Below are positions 10,201 to 19,050 of a stretch of 64,000 nt of DNA, in pieces. Both the position numbers and the translations under genes were made by a program. A model generated the notes under the pieces. That model ran no database searches and was not told the origin of the DNA. It saw only the letters and a program-made list of their open reading frames with translations. The DNA is from a virus (taxonomy: Duplodnaviria > Caudoviricetes), in the IMG/VR virus record IMGVR_UViG_3300020576_005098, positions 1 to 64,000 of that record; one strand, given 5' to 3'. Every line of letters begins with the position of its first letter. The stretch's first letter is position 1.

Positions 10201-10337
10201 CTGATGGGAACGAATGCTGGGCCTTTTTCGGCAGGGCCAATAATTGTGGCTGGTGTGCCTCCAACGGGAGTTGTCCGTTCTGTAAGATCAAACTCCCTGT
10301 CGAAGTAGTTTGGAGCCTTGAATACTGTTTCTGGCAT
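7203..10337 (-). CDS. gp18: tail sheath protein, paralogue 1
   Basis: FKAPNYFDREFD N-terminus; PWFAPAGFDRG, FFSQNTL, LESINVKRMILELKR C-terminal sheath motifs. Confidence 0.9.
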   Translation of the reverse strand: MPETVFKAPNYFDREFDLTERTTPVGGTPATIIGPAEKGPAFVPISVGSYLDFENKFGAVDAKYPSTFAVQKYFEGKGTEVASANYIRVLGCGANSSSVDISLTETQGTVVNAGMKVVGAGTTFASGALQGRVQFIVANHHVQTNESFGFPMFTNNDSYSVSGLTPGISETVNLVRATLFTTPDSRFMVFDAEGTFTPSDYASGLGTNEAAIVGTSPGPMNGLFKLVLSSSSGNSFASDDGFAGLRIYSASLDPGNENYVGKILNTNPLDFDSKKHLLYLDYAVDSEVAVLSASNSAATVAILSGSQYANQFGTTFGEAFGLFNTRYTTPKTPFFISQPFGNVEYDLFQVESRDDGKYANDKYKISIANLLASTNPSTNYGTFSLMVRAFSDSDTDPQILEQFSNLSLDPNSENYIAKVIGDKRTKFNFDATDADDRGIVVEGKYGNRSHFIRVIPSSQLDAGEVPARALPFGFRGHQMPLTNVSLTDAINNVSRSRSMISGVSSSLVPGGALLSGSIVPPVPFRFTTTRNQLTASGTVFGAPSSQTVFDGRLFWGVKFERNNNDVLNVNTNTEINPIISSFAKFAGIEKQGVLTTGSQSDLLNNNKFSLAKVALNVTSMADVTAGSPTTLLREAAYLRNAAIDSNTYAATNFSNRLTFASLLNSGSAVIFNNYSPYTKFTTFMQGGWDGVNIFDKHAARFTDRSTSTEVGLAGTYGVANSNYISPGALFSTSPVLSGRNYTGVSTTNSCVVAYRTAIDVATNPNIANNNILAIPGQRDPLVTNYALEKNLAYGLSFYPMDIQPYDQNNLRIFDGETTRHPSIKNTANSFITRALDNNAAGAYFPNIVMDDSVNRRRVTVPASVAAVAALSYNDRVKFPWFAPAGFDRGSLSFVVLTSVRVNQGDRNTLFDANINPIVKFPGANYVFFSQNTLQQATSALESINVKRMILELKRQVIQIANRMLFEQNTPALRQRFVSEASLVLSAIQLQQGIEQFAVICDGRNNTADDVNSNRMNAQIRVLPTRATEYITMDFVLLPSGVTLG

Positions 10338-10408
10338 GATTTCCTCGCTTTTTGTTGTACGAAAACGTAAAACCTAACTAGCGGAAGGAAATCGGAATAC
10401 TAGACTGC

Positions 10409-11608
10409 TTATCCCTTGCCGTCTGCAAAGAAACGCAAAAGGGTTTCTTGATCACTCACGGTGTAAATAGTCTCACCCTGTTTTTGGTCAATATCAGTCT
10501 GTTTCACATATTTCGTCAAGGTTGCCCCAGTAACGGGATCCTTAAACTCTCTCTGAAAAACAATCTTCTGTTTGTCGGTTGGTTTCTGAGCCGTTGCTGG
10601 GTCTTCTTCTATGTCTGTCAACACAAAAGGATTTGTGGTTGTTGGATCCAGCTTGGTCTTGTCATATTGTTCTTGGTTTCTTGTCTCGAACACAGAACCC
10701 TGTGCTGTGTCCACTTCAAATGAAATGTTTACGTTTGACAGATACCGTTTGAATGGAACTTTTTGCCCAGGCGCAGATGATCCCAAAATAAAACCACGAA
10801 CAATAATGTTGAAGCTGTATTTGATCAAGCGTTCCGAATCGGTTATGTCATCGGAGTTGTCTTGGGCCTGCAACCCTGGCTCTACAGTCGCAGCAAACCA
10901 ATAACCCTTGTCCGTCGTAAGCTTGAAACCCTTACCTGGAGCGTTTTGTGCTCCCAGAAAAGTTTCAATCATGTAGTTCATGTGTATTGTGTACGAAGAC
11001 CAAAAAACAACTTCGTATGTTGCTGTAAAAAACTGGGGGAATGGAATCTTGATGATCTCGTAAATGTGGTTGGCCCGCTGAGAGTCGAGGAGCATACCAG
11101 CACGCACGCTAGGGCGTCTAGCAGCCCCATTGGCGCCTTCTCTTAATGTTGATGGGGGTGAGGGTGTTCCGGGTATTCCAAGGGCGCTAATAAGGCTCTG
11201 GTAGTCTTTGTCGGACTCATCAAACCTTCTCTTGATGGTCAATTCACCCAGAAAGACATCCCCGTGCTGTTGTTCCAAACCAGTTCTTCTGATTGCAATT
11301 GCTGGGAGGAGGAGGGCTCCGGTTTTCGTATCTCGAAAAGGTTTCAGTCTTTTTGCAAGGGCGAATCTTTCCCCTGTGGCAAAGATAACAAACGGTTTCT
11401 TGATGTTGATTTGTTTCTGCTGACCAGTAACACCCTGGAACTCTCGGAATGGGATTTGTTTGTCAAACAAAGAGTGAACAGAAATATCGGCATCTTCCAG
11501 TCCGCAAGAGGGGATGTAAAAGGTCGAAGGATCATTTCCTTTGAGATCGTAACCTGTTGGAAGTTGTTCGGCCCCTTCAAGTTCCGGAATGTTGTAACGT
11601 GTTACCAT
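10409..11608 (-). CDS. tail terminator/completion protein (gp15-like)
   Basis: Position upstream of sheath; LLLPAIAIRRTG and YEVVFWS...MNYMIE pattern. Confidence 0.5.
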   Translation of the reverse strand: MVTRYNIPELEGAEQLPTGYDLKGNDPSTFYIPSCGLEDADISVHSLFDKQIPFREFQGVTGQQKQINIKKPFVIFATGERFALAKRLKPFRDTKTGALLLPAIAIRRTGLEQQHGDVFLGELTIKRRFDESDKDYQSLISALGIPGTPSPPSTLREGANGAARRPSVRAGMLLDSQRANHIYEIIKIPFPQFFTATYEVVFWSSYTIHMNYMIETFLGAQNAPGKGFKLTTDKGYWFAATVEPGLQAQDNSDDITDSERLIKYSFNIIVRGFILGSSAPGQKVPFKRYLSNVNISFEVDTAQGSVFETRNQEQYDKTKLDPTTTNPFVLTDIEEDPATAQKPTDKQKIVFQREFKDPVTGATLTKYVKQTDIDQKQGETIYTVSDQETLLRFFADGKG

Positions 11609-11620
11609 TGTTTATTCGCC

Positions 11621-12337
11621 TTATTCGTCGTAGATTCCCAACTTTGGAGGGAGTGGATCGTTGTTAAACGAAGCTGTTTCATCTCCGTTCACATTGTTGC
11701 TATCAGTTGAAGGTTCAACCTTTTTGGCACCTGTTCCAAGGGCAATAGGAGCCATTTGGTTGTCCAGCCGTTCCCGCATATCCCGTTTGTCTCCAGTTGA
11801 TTCTCCTGTGCTCGTGATAGGCAAACCACGCTGTTGTTCAAATGTCAGTTGTGTTCCTTCGGGGGCTGTCCTTGGAATGTTAATGTTTGGAACAGCAAAT
11901 TGCGAAGCACGAACATTTCGTGCCGTCACTTTCCAGGCAACGTTGTGCTCAGCAAGACCGAAAATGTTCTTGTCAGCATTCACAACTGTAAGAATCTCAT
12001 ACAAAGTGTCATCGTAAGAAAACATGTCACCTTCACTAATCACAACACCTTTGTCTTGAAGATCCTTGTATTGAAACAACACATCAACTCTAGCCTCAAT
12101 GTCAGGCCCAAATGATGTTGTCTTGCTGGAGAATTCTGGCATTCCTACCAATGCGGGAATTTTGATTGGATTCTCAAAGATTTTTTCAACCGCTTCGTTG
12201 TAAACACCATGAACAAGACTCTTTGTGTAGGAAATTGGGTAATAGTGAACAACCTGACCAACAACATCCTTGATGAATTCTTTGGTCAAATCATTAACGA
12301 AATCAATTTCCTTTTGGCCGATGAACAGTCTTGCCAT
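11621..12337 (-). CDS. neck/head-tail joining protein (gp14-like)
   Basis: Position in module; EFIKDVVGQVVHYYPIS...EGDMFSYDDTLYEI pattern. Confidence 0.5.
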   Translation of the reverse strand: MARLFIGQKEIDFVNDLTKEFIKDVVGQVVHYYPISYTKSLVHGVYNEAVEKIFENPIKIPALVGMPEFSSKTTSFGPDIEARVDVLFQYKDLQDKGVVISEGDMFSYDDTLYEILTVVNADKNIFGLAEHNVAWKVTARNVRASQFAVPNINIPRTAPEGTQLTFEQQRGLPITSTGESTGDKRDMRERLDNQMAPIALGTGAKKVEPSTDSNNVNGDETASFNNDPLPPKLGIYDE

Positions 12338-12340
12338 TTG

Positions 12341-12709
12341 TTAGTTCACTCTTCTGGTTCTGGCTGCTGGAATAAAAGGTGTTGAAGTAGCTTCTCTGTT
12401 CCTCTTTTTCATAGAAGAGAAGAGTTGATCGGTTTTTTCCTCTCCCTCTTTTCTTTCTTGATCAAAGACTCCGGCAACTTTTTCTGCGGTTGCTGGATCC
12501 ACACCGAGCTTTGCAATATCTTGTGGAGAAGGTGATTTCATCGCAGAAAGCAGTGTTGCTTTAATTTTCTCTCTGACTTCTGGGGTCAGTTCGGGCGCTG
12601 CCTTTAGTGCTCTACCAGCAGCTACCATTGTGTTGAACTTAAACAACTCAACAGGATTGATAGCTTCCTTCAACACAGCTTTGATAATCTGCTTCAGTGT
12701 CTTTTTCAT
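12341..12709 (-). CDS. hypothetical virion-associated protein
   Basis: 122 aa; N-terminal LKQIIKAVLKEA motif. Confidence 0.65.
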   Translation of the reverse strand: MKKTLKQIIKAVLKEAINPVELFKFNTMVAAGRALKAAPELTPEVREKIKATLLSAMKSPSPQDIAKLGVDPATAEKVAGVFDQERKEGEEKTDQLFSSMKKRNREATSTPFIPAARTRRVN

Positions 12710-12720
12710 TGGTTCACCTG

Positions 12721-13980
12721 TTAGAAAATAGAGATTGCATATTTTGGTGGGATGGGCACATATGAAAGTTGTTTCACCATTTGTTCAGCTTTATTAGCTT
12801 CTCTTTCGGCAATCTTGTCGAAAGTCAGGTTGTCCAATGTTTCTTTCAGAGAAGTGAGAAGTTTGTCGGCGTCCTCTCTTCCTTGTGAGATAAGGTCTTC
12901 ACCATTCAAGGAAAGATCAGCACCTGGGATTGGCAATGACTTAAACTTGGATCGAATCCTCCCCAGTTGAATTGTTGAAAGAGCAAGTGTCATCTGAGCA
13001 ATCCAGTTTCTGCTCCAAACGTTCAAGGAGTTGTAGTTCAATGGACCGAAAGGGGTATTAAATGGACCATTCACTCCGTAAATCTTGTCATCTTGGTAAG
13101 AACCAGAAACACCAGAGCCAACAGTTGAATAAGAGGAACCACTTGCGACAAGAGTAGAAGCGAGAGTTGGAAAAGGTTGTCTGCCAAACCTAACTCGCAT
13201 CCACAATCTGTTGTTGTAAGTTGGAACCATGTTGTTGGGAGTTGGGAAAATACGGATTTTCCTACCAGAAATTCGATAAGAGTAGTGTGATCTTCTTACC
13301 TTGCTGGCAGCCTCCAACATTCCTGCTCTCAGCACATCTTCAAACAACGGAAGAACATAGAATCTTGTGTCGGGGATATAACTTTCAACGGGCAAACCTG
13401 TTGCAACAAAGTTACTTGCAAGGTTACTGTTGAAAACATATTGGACCGGAGCGTTGTGATAGACTTCCAACACTTCCATTGAACCAACAGATCCAGAGGG
13501 TTGCAATGACCAAATTGTTGCTCCATTTGAATCTACAAGTTCGGTATAAAGGTCATAATCCTGCCTTCCAGAAACCATTGGAATATATCCGGAATAAGTC
13601 TGTTCGTCTTGAGAATAACCAACCAGCCCAGCATAAGGGGAGGCTAGTGATTTGAGGAATTCAAGGTTCGGCTGAACGTACATGTCTGTGATGTTGATGT
13701 TGTTGACATTGTTTCCATCCAGTGATCCTGTCGGCATTCCCAAGAGAGAGGACAGGTTGCTCTTGTTTTGATATTCAACCATGAGAGCATTCAGTTCTCT
13801 GGTTGCACGTTCAAAGTTATCCCAGATCATTGGTTTCGTAAGTTCAACACCAAGAACATCTTCACCCAAAGCTCTCAGCACAAACGTTACCATGTTGTCT
13901 GCATCTTGCTGGAACAGCGTGCACTTGTCATACAAGCCAAATGACGTGGGTCTAAGAGTTGTGTTGAAAGTAGATGCCAT
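12721..13980 (-). CDS. neck/adaptor protein (gp13-like)
   Basis: LRALGEDVLGVELT N-terminus; QLGRIRSKFKSLPIPGADLSLNGEDLISQG C-terminus typical of T4-like neck proteins. Confidence 0.6.
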   Translation of the reverse strand: MASTFNTTLRPTSFGLYDKCTLFQQDADNMVTFVLRALGEDVLGVELTKPMIWDNFERATRELNALMVEYQNKSNLSSLLGMPTGSLDGNNVNNINITDMYVQPNLEFLKSLASPYAGLVGYSQDEQTYSGYIPMVSGRQDYDLYTELVDSNGATIWSLQPSGSVGSMEVLEVYHNAPVQYVFNSNLASNFVATGLPVESYIPDTRFYVLPLFEDVLRAGMLEAASKVRRSHYSYRISGRKIRIFPTPNNMVPTYNNRLWMRVRFGRQPFPTLASTLVASGSSYSTVGSGVSGSYQDDKIYGVNGPFNTPFGPLNYNSLNVWSRNWIAQMTLALSTIQLGRIRSKFKSLPIPGADLSLNGEDLISQGREDADKLLTSLKETLDNLTFDKIAEREANKAEQMVKQLSYVPIPPKYAISIF

Positions 13981-14004
13981 GATGTTCTGTAACTAGAAAA
14001 CAAG

Positions 14005-14037
14005 AAAGGGATGGAGTCGATTTAACTCCATCCCTTT
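14005..14037 (-). terminator. intrinsic terminator
   Basis: aaagggatggag-loop-ctccatcccttt hairpin followed by a T-rich tract on the minus strand. Confidence 0.65.
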
Positions 14038-14061
14038 CAGGGGTTTTGTTTGCTGTCTAAC

Positions 14062-14304
14062 TTACTTCTTTTTTGCAGGAGCAGCAGGCTTTGCTTTTGC
14101 GGCAGCAGCGGCAGAACCACGACGATAGCCTTCGCGGAAAGCTGTCGCAACGGCTTCTTGAAGTTGTTCTTCCATCTTGGAATCACCGCATTCTTCCACT
14201 GGTTCAACTGGAGAGCCTTCGGTGACTGTGTGATTCATCTCTGCCATCGCTTCTTCGGCTGCTTCCCGAATAAGAGTCTTCAACTGTTTGACTGTAATCT
14301 TCAT
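14062..14304 (-). CDS. small hypothetical head-associated protein
   Basis: MKITVKQLKTLIREA N-terminus; Ala/Lys tail; late-promoter motif upstream. Confidence 0.7.
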   Translation of the reverse strand: MKITVKQLKTLIREAAEEAMAEMNHTVTEGSPVEPVEECGDSKMEEQLQEAVATAFREGYRRGSAAAAAKAKPAAPAKKK

Positions 14305-14392
14305 GTTTGTTATTCCTCCTCTGGCTTTATCGCCGTACCGAGTAACTATCGCGCAAAGGGCTATTTACACGCACAGGTAAGGAGAAACAAAA

Positions 14393-14689
14393 ATGAAAGC
14401 AAAAGTAAGTGGTCAGTACCAAGGCTCAGGCGGCAAACAATCCATCGAGATTGATGGTTCGGTGGAAATTGTTGGACTTTCTGAACTCTTCCTTCGCGCA
14501 AAAGCACTCGAAGAAACAGTCGCTGAATTGACTTCCCAACTTCAGGCTTCTACTGAGGCGCTTGAAGCTCTAAAGGCTCGTGTGGTCCTCTTGGAAAAAG
14601 AAGAGGAAAGAGAAGCCAAGGAAGAAACACTCGCTCAAGAAAAAGCCATTGTTGACGCTTCTGTCAAAAAACCCTCCAAGAAATCATAA
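14393..14689 (+). CDS. hypothetical coiled-coil protein
   Basis: 98 aa; AGGAGA RBS upstream. Confidence 0.65.
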   Translation: MKAKVSGQYQGSGGKQSIEIDGSVEIVGLSELFLRAKALEETVAELTSQLQASTEALEALKARVVLLEKEEEREAKEETLAQEKAIVDASVKKPSKKS

Positions 14690-14789
14690 ACTTCTCCATC
14701 CCCAAGTTGGCTAAATCCACTTCCGGAACCTCCGACATCGACATGTCTATCTCCTGGATCGAAGACTAAATCCCCCACATCGTCATAAA

Positions 14790-14887
14790 GGCGTTTATAC
14801 GCCTTATTACGGCTTCCAAATCATTTCAAGCCACTCTCACCCGTTCGAGATATTCTCGGGCGCTAATAAGGCGTATAGAGCGATTTA
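14790..14887 (-). repeat. ~100-bp dispersed palindromic element, copy A
   Basis: 14-bp perfect inverted repeat (14796-14809 / 14864-14877); 28 bp identical to 59427-59454; colinear with 49558-49663. Confidence 0.8.
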
Positions 14888-15451
14888 CTAGATTAGGGTT
14901 CTGATAGCATCGACCAAATCACCTCGCACATAGTCATCGGTCTCTGTTTCCAAGGCGTCGATCAACGGCCTCAAGGCCCAAAGGCGGGCAAGGGGCCAAA
15001 TGGCTGCAACTCTCATCTCAACGTCCGCTGGATCGTTTAGCATCTTGGTCAAACAGACAACGGCTCTCTTGGCGAGGTCTGGCTTTCCGTGGTCAACAAG
15101 CCCGAGCAGTCTCGCACAGATTTCTTTGACATGGATGTGGTCTGGGGCTGCTGACTCAAGCCATGTCTCAAGCAGAATAACTCCTTCAAGCGTGTTGGGC
15201 AGAAGGTCAAGTGCTTCTGTTGCTGCGTCAAGAACGTCTTCTCTTGGGAACTCTTGAGCCCTGGCAAGGATGCTTGGTCCTGCAACTGCTGCGTATGGCT
15301 GGAGTTTCTTGATGAGGGAATGACGATGGTCTGGTGTCCACAGCCTGCCTCGATACGCCAAGAACCTTGCAAGAGAGTAGAAATCCTCTGGCGTGGAAGG
15401 GTTTGATGCCAGGACAACCTCGGGTGGTGTTTTGTAGTCGATCTGCTCCAT
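14888..15451 (-). CDS. HEAT-repeat-like helical protein
   Basis: DPADVEMRVAAIWPLARL...LIDALETETDDYVRGDLVDAI resembles HEAT/PBS-lyase repeats. Confidence 0.55.
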   Translation of the reverse strand: MEQIDYKTPPEVVLASNPSTPEDFYSLARFLAYRGRLWTPDHRHSLIKKLQPYAAVAGPSILARAQEFPREDVLDAATEALDLLPNTLEGVILLETWLESAAPDHIHVKEICARLLGLVDHGKPDLAKRAVVCLTKMLNDPADVEMRVAAIWPLARLWALRPLIDALETETDDYVRGDLVDAIRTLI

Positions 15452-15576
15452 AACCTTACGATCTTGAGTTCTGGTTATAGGGTTGTCAATGAGAAGAGGT
15501 GAGGAGCAGGAGGAAGAGGGAGTTGGGGAAGTAGTGGAACATTACCAAGTAGAGGCAGCCAAGGGAGGTACTATTC

Positions 15577-16113
15577 TTATCTACCTCTTAGCCCAGCAGC
15601 CTCCGGGTCAAAGTCATCAGGGAACTTGGTGTTTTGGTCGTAGATTGCACCCGAGAAGTCTACGCGCCTCAAGTCTGTCTGAGTGAAGTTGGTCCCTCTC
15701 ACATCTGCCCCAGAAAGATAGGCCCCTGTTAGAGTCACAGAGGCAAGGTTCGCATCGTTCAACTGTGCCTCTCTAAGATCAGCGTTGGAGAAGTCGGCAG
15801 ACCTCGCATTGGCCCCAGACAGATTGGCAGCTCGGAGGGATGAGTTGGAGAAGTCCACACCTCTCAAATCACACCCACTCAAGTCGGAATCAGACAAGTC
15901 TGCTTTGGCGATGTTGCTGTCTGACAAGTCAGAACCAGAGAAGTCACCACCAGACAAATCCATTCCAGACAGGTCAGAGAGGTTGAGCACTTGGTCGGAA
16001 AGAGGTTCCATCTGTGCCAATGTGTCAAACACATGTTTCCTTACAAGCTCTGTGCGACTAACCTTAGCTTCTTTGATGAGAGACTTGATGAGAGACTTGA
16101 GATGCTGTTTCAT
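15577..16113 (-). CDS. pentapeptide-repeat protein
   Basis: Tandem (A/S/D)(D/N)LSX pentapeptides; N-terminal LKSLIKSLIKEA; start taken at MKQH. Confidence 0.85.
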   Translation of the reverse strand: MKQHLKSLIKSLIKEAKVSRTELVRKHVFDTLAQMEPLSDQVLNLSDLSGMDLSGGDFSGSDLSDSNIAKADLSDSDLSGCDLRGVDFSNSSLRAANLSGANARSADFSNADLREAQLNDANLASVTLTGAYLSGADVRGTNFTQTDLRRVDFSGAIYDQNTKFPDDFDPEAAGLRGR

Positions 16114-16147
16114 GGTGTTGATTGTAAGTAGCCACAAAAAGCCGAAA

Positions 16148-16173
16148 GGGAAGAAGACTCTTGCCCTCTTCCC
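16148..16173 (-). terminator. intrinsic terminator after the orphan capsid C-terminus
   Basis: gggaaga...tcttccc stem followed by tttcggcttttt on the minus strand. Confidence 0.6.
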
Positions 16174-16207
16174 CCTCTAAGCTATTGCTGGTTTACCAGC
16201 GGGTTGT

Positions 16208-16246
16208 TCAGATGATGTTCATGTCCAACACGGTCACGGTGGCGTA
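16208..16246 (-). pseudogene. orphan duplicate of the capsid C-terminus (YATVTVLDMNII*)
   Basis: Translates to the same 11 residues as the capsid end at 17049-17081, with 5 synonymous differences. Confidence 0.85.
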
Positions 16247-16307
16247 TAGAGCGATTTGAGTTTGGGGGAATTTGCATAGTGCGGTCTTTGGGAGTTGGTG
16301 GAAGTTC

Positions 16308-16919
16308 TTAAGCCCGTCCCAACTTCCCTTTAAGTTCTTTGATTTTTTCTTGGTATCTGGATTCCAGTTTCAACAAGATGTTTTCTTGAATGTTTTTGAT
16401 GATCCCTTGCACGGATCGCCCCCAGTTTGCATCAACCCATTTGGGTGCGCTGATCGCTGCATGATTCAGTTGGGCTTTAAGACTATCAATCCCTTCCGTG
16501 TCCATCCCAAGCTTTCTTGCCAAATTCTGCAATGCAAACATGTTGCCGTTACTAAAACCGCCAGCATCGTTTGAAAACGCTCCAAGCCATTTTTTCCATT
16601 GATTCTCATTAAATTCCGATCTTGGTGTTTGTGCCAAGTTGTAGGTAAGAGCACTATACAACGAATTCAGGCTGAGAGCTTTGTTTTCTTCTCCGCTTTT
16701 TTCCTTATATTGTTGGTAGGCATATTCCAAGCTGGCCAATTCATCCTTTTCTTTTCCCCGCATACCAACACCAGCAGCCACCTTGTTCCCAAGGTTGGAA
16801 AAAAGACCTTCGTTGATGAATTTGCCTTGAAAACCAGCCTTCAAAGACTCTTTGATTTCCTGGCGAAGAATAGCAACCCTTAGACTTTCAGAAATTGTTT
16901 GGTCCAAACTCTTTTTCAT
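16308..16919 (-). CDS. hypothetical protein inserted between the two capsid C-termini
   Basis: 203 aa; own RBS and TACTTA motif (16940-16945). Confidence 0.8.
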   Translation of the reverse strand: MKKSLDQTISESLRVAILRQEIKESLKAGFQGKFINEGLFSNLGNKVAAGVGMRGKEKDELASLEYAYQQYKEKSGEENKALSLNSLYSALTYNLAQTPRSEFNENQWKKWLGAFSNDAGGFSNGNMFALQNLARKLGMDTEGIDSLKAQLNHAAISAPKWVDANWGRSVQGIIKNIQENILLKLESRYQEKIKELKGKLGRA

Positions 16920-16968
16920 TTTTCTCTACTCCGACTTTTTAAGTATTTAGTTGACGGTTCCAAAAGAG

Positions 16969-17000
16969 ACAAGGAGAAGAGAATATACTCTCTTCTCCTT
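16969..17000 (-). terminator. intrinsic terminator after the capsid gene
   Basis: caaggagaagaga-loop-tctcttctccttg hairpin followed by tctctttt on the minus strand. Confidence 0.7.
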
Positions 17001-17039
17001 GCTTGTTAGCTTTAATCCTCTACTTTAGAGGACCATTTT

Positions 17040-18996
17040 TCAACCCACGATATTCATGTCCAAGACTGTCACCGTTGCGTAGAAGTCGGAGCGAACCATC
17101 TTCTTTCCGTAACGGGTCATGATTCCCTTGCGTGGAGTGAAGTCCTCTTGTCCGTAGATCACTGGGGTCAGGATCAGAGGAACATAAGGAGCGTAGATGT
17201 ATCCAGACTCAAGGAAGGTTGAACCTTTGAGACCGAGAAGGATCTTGTTCACTGGGAAGTAAGGGTCAATGAAGACGCTGTAACGACCATTCACTGTACC
17301 GACTGCTTCTGCACCGATGCTCATGTTGTCACGAACTTGCCCATCGCTGTCGATTTTGTAGTTCGCACGGTAAGCAACAGTTGCTTCGAGGATTGTGCCG
17401 ACTTCTGGTGAGCACACGATGAAGTTACCGGAACCACGGAGAGTCTTCTTGTGGATGACGTTCGCAGCGTCAGTGATTGTTTCAATCAGTGTCTCGTACC
17501 ATTCACGACCAGTTCCTTGGAACTGTGGACCTGGGTAGACAGTGCTTGTACGAGCGACTTCTGTACCAGTTTGCTTGTTCACGAAGCGGCCTGGGGCGCG
17601 GCTCCAGAAGTAGTTGGCAGCGGGTGCTTGAGTCAAGAGGTCGTTCAGTATCCAGAGTGATCATCTCACTGAGGATGTTTGTGAGTTCTGCTTCCACGTC
17701 GAGAGAGTAGAACGCTGTGAGGTCTTGTGCCATTTCTGGGGACCAACGAGCGCGCAGTTTCCTTGTGGTTGCTGTCACGGAAACGCTGTCAATTTTGATG
17801 TCAACGTCTGGGATCCTTGGGCTTGCATCAACCGCGAAGTTGGGTTCGAAGCTTGGGATTGTCAGAGCAGAACCATCGGAGTTGACGGAGAGTTGGTCAG
17901 CAATTGGGCACGAAGCTGTGATTGCGGAGAGACCACCACCGAGACCTGCGTTTGGAGTTGCACCCACTGGAGGTGTTCCACCTTGAGGCAGAGCCATCGC
18001 AAACATCAAGTGTGTTCCGTTGAACGCATCTGGAACGAATGTGCTGGATGTGCCGCTGTCTGTCCAGTTACCACGCTTTGTAAAGCGACGGAAGTTCAGA
18101 ACTCCTTCGCCCTGTTGGTAGGTTTGTGGAACAGAAGTAAAGTTGGAGCTAGAAGCACCCAGACCAACGATTGCAATTTGTTCAAGGGAGTTGAGGTCTG
18201 CACCGTTGACGGCTGTTGTGAGAGCGGAAGCGGAAACCACCATGAAGGTGAAGTCCAGAGCGTTCACATCAACGTCTGTGGAGAGGGTAGGATCGTAGTC
18301 AACGAAACGAGCGTTGTAGCCAACGAAACCTGCGGAAGCAGACACGGAAGAACCGGAGAGCCAGGATGTACCACCGCTCCATGTTCCGAGAATAACTTCG
18401 TCTTGAGCAAGAACACCACGAACGTGAACTTTGGAGTAACCAGAACCAATCAGGTTATACTGACCACCGGCAGCCAAGCTACCAGAGGTGCGGATTGTAG
18501 AACCGGATGGGTTTGTGTAAATGGATTGTCCGCGACCGTAGGTTGCAGCGCCTGGATCAGAACCAACAGCGAATTGGTTTGCGCTTGTGCCTGCATCGCC
18601 ACCGACGTATGAACCGTAGGTGTAGTCCAGATAAAAGAGCAGACCGCTAGGAAGGCTCATTGGCTGAACAGAAACGATTTCATTGGCAACAAGACCAGCA
18701 AACACCCTGCGGACGATTGGGAATGCGACGTTTGTGAAACCAGCAACTTGACCGGAAGAAGCAAGCCCCGCTCCACCTGTGGAGAGAGAAAGGCTTTCGT
18801 TCAACATAGAGCTTCCGCCCTTGAGAACTTCTACCGCTTGGTTTTCCAACAGCCTTGCCATCTTCTGGCGACCAGCAGTAGACAAACCTTCGAGAAGACC
18901 AGTTTTTGACCATTTGCTGACGATTCTCTCGTCTGCTGTGTTGGCGGTCCTTTGGATACCTTCTGCCAACTGTGAAAGTGTCAGATTTCTTGACAT
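17040..18996 (-). CDS. gp23: major capsid protein (T4 gp23-like), frameshifted near 17652
   Basis: 497-aa ORF has FPIVRRVFAGLVANEIVSVQPM and ATTRKLRARWSPEMAQDL; 198-aa ORF has GYIYAPYVPL...PRKGIMTRYG; frames change at CTG G ATA CTG. Confidence 0.92.
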
Positions 18997-19050
18997 TGTT
19001 TTATTTCTCCCTTTATATCTTTCTGTGAATGCGTGTGAGCTAACTATGGC

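Noticed and set aside
11182-11196. 15-bp match (GGGCGCTAATAAGGC) to repeat copy A inside the gp15-like gene
   Set aside because: One 15-mer match is expected by chance in 64 kb and flanking similarity is weak; not counted as a copy
16308-16919. Homing endonuclease as the identity of the cassette ORF
   Set aside because: No HNH, GIY-YIG, LAGLIDADG or PD-(D/E)xK motif visible
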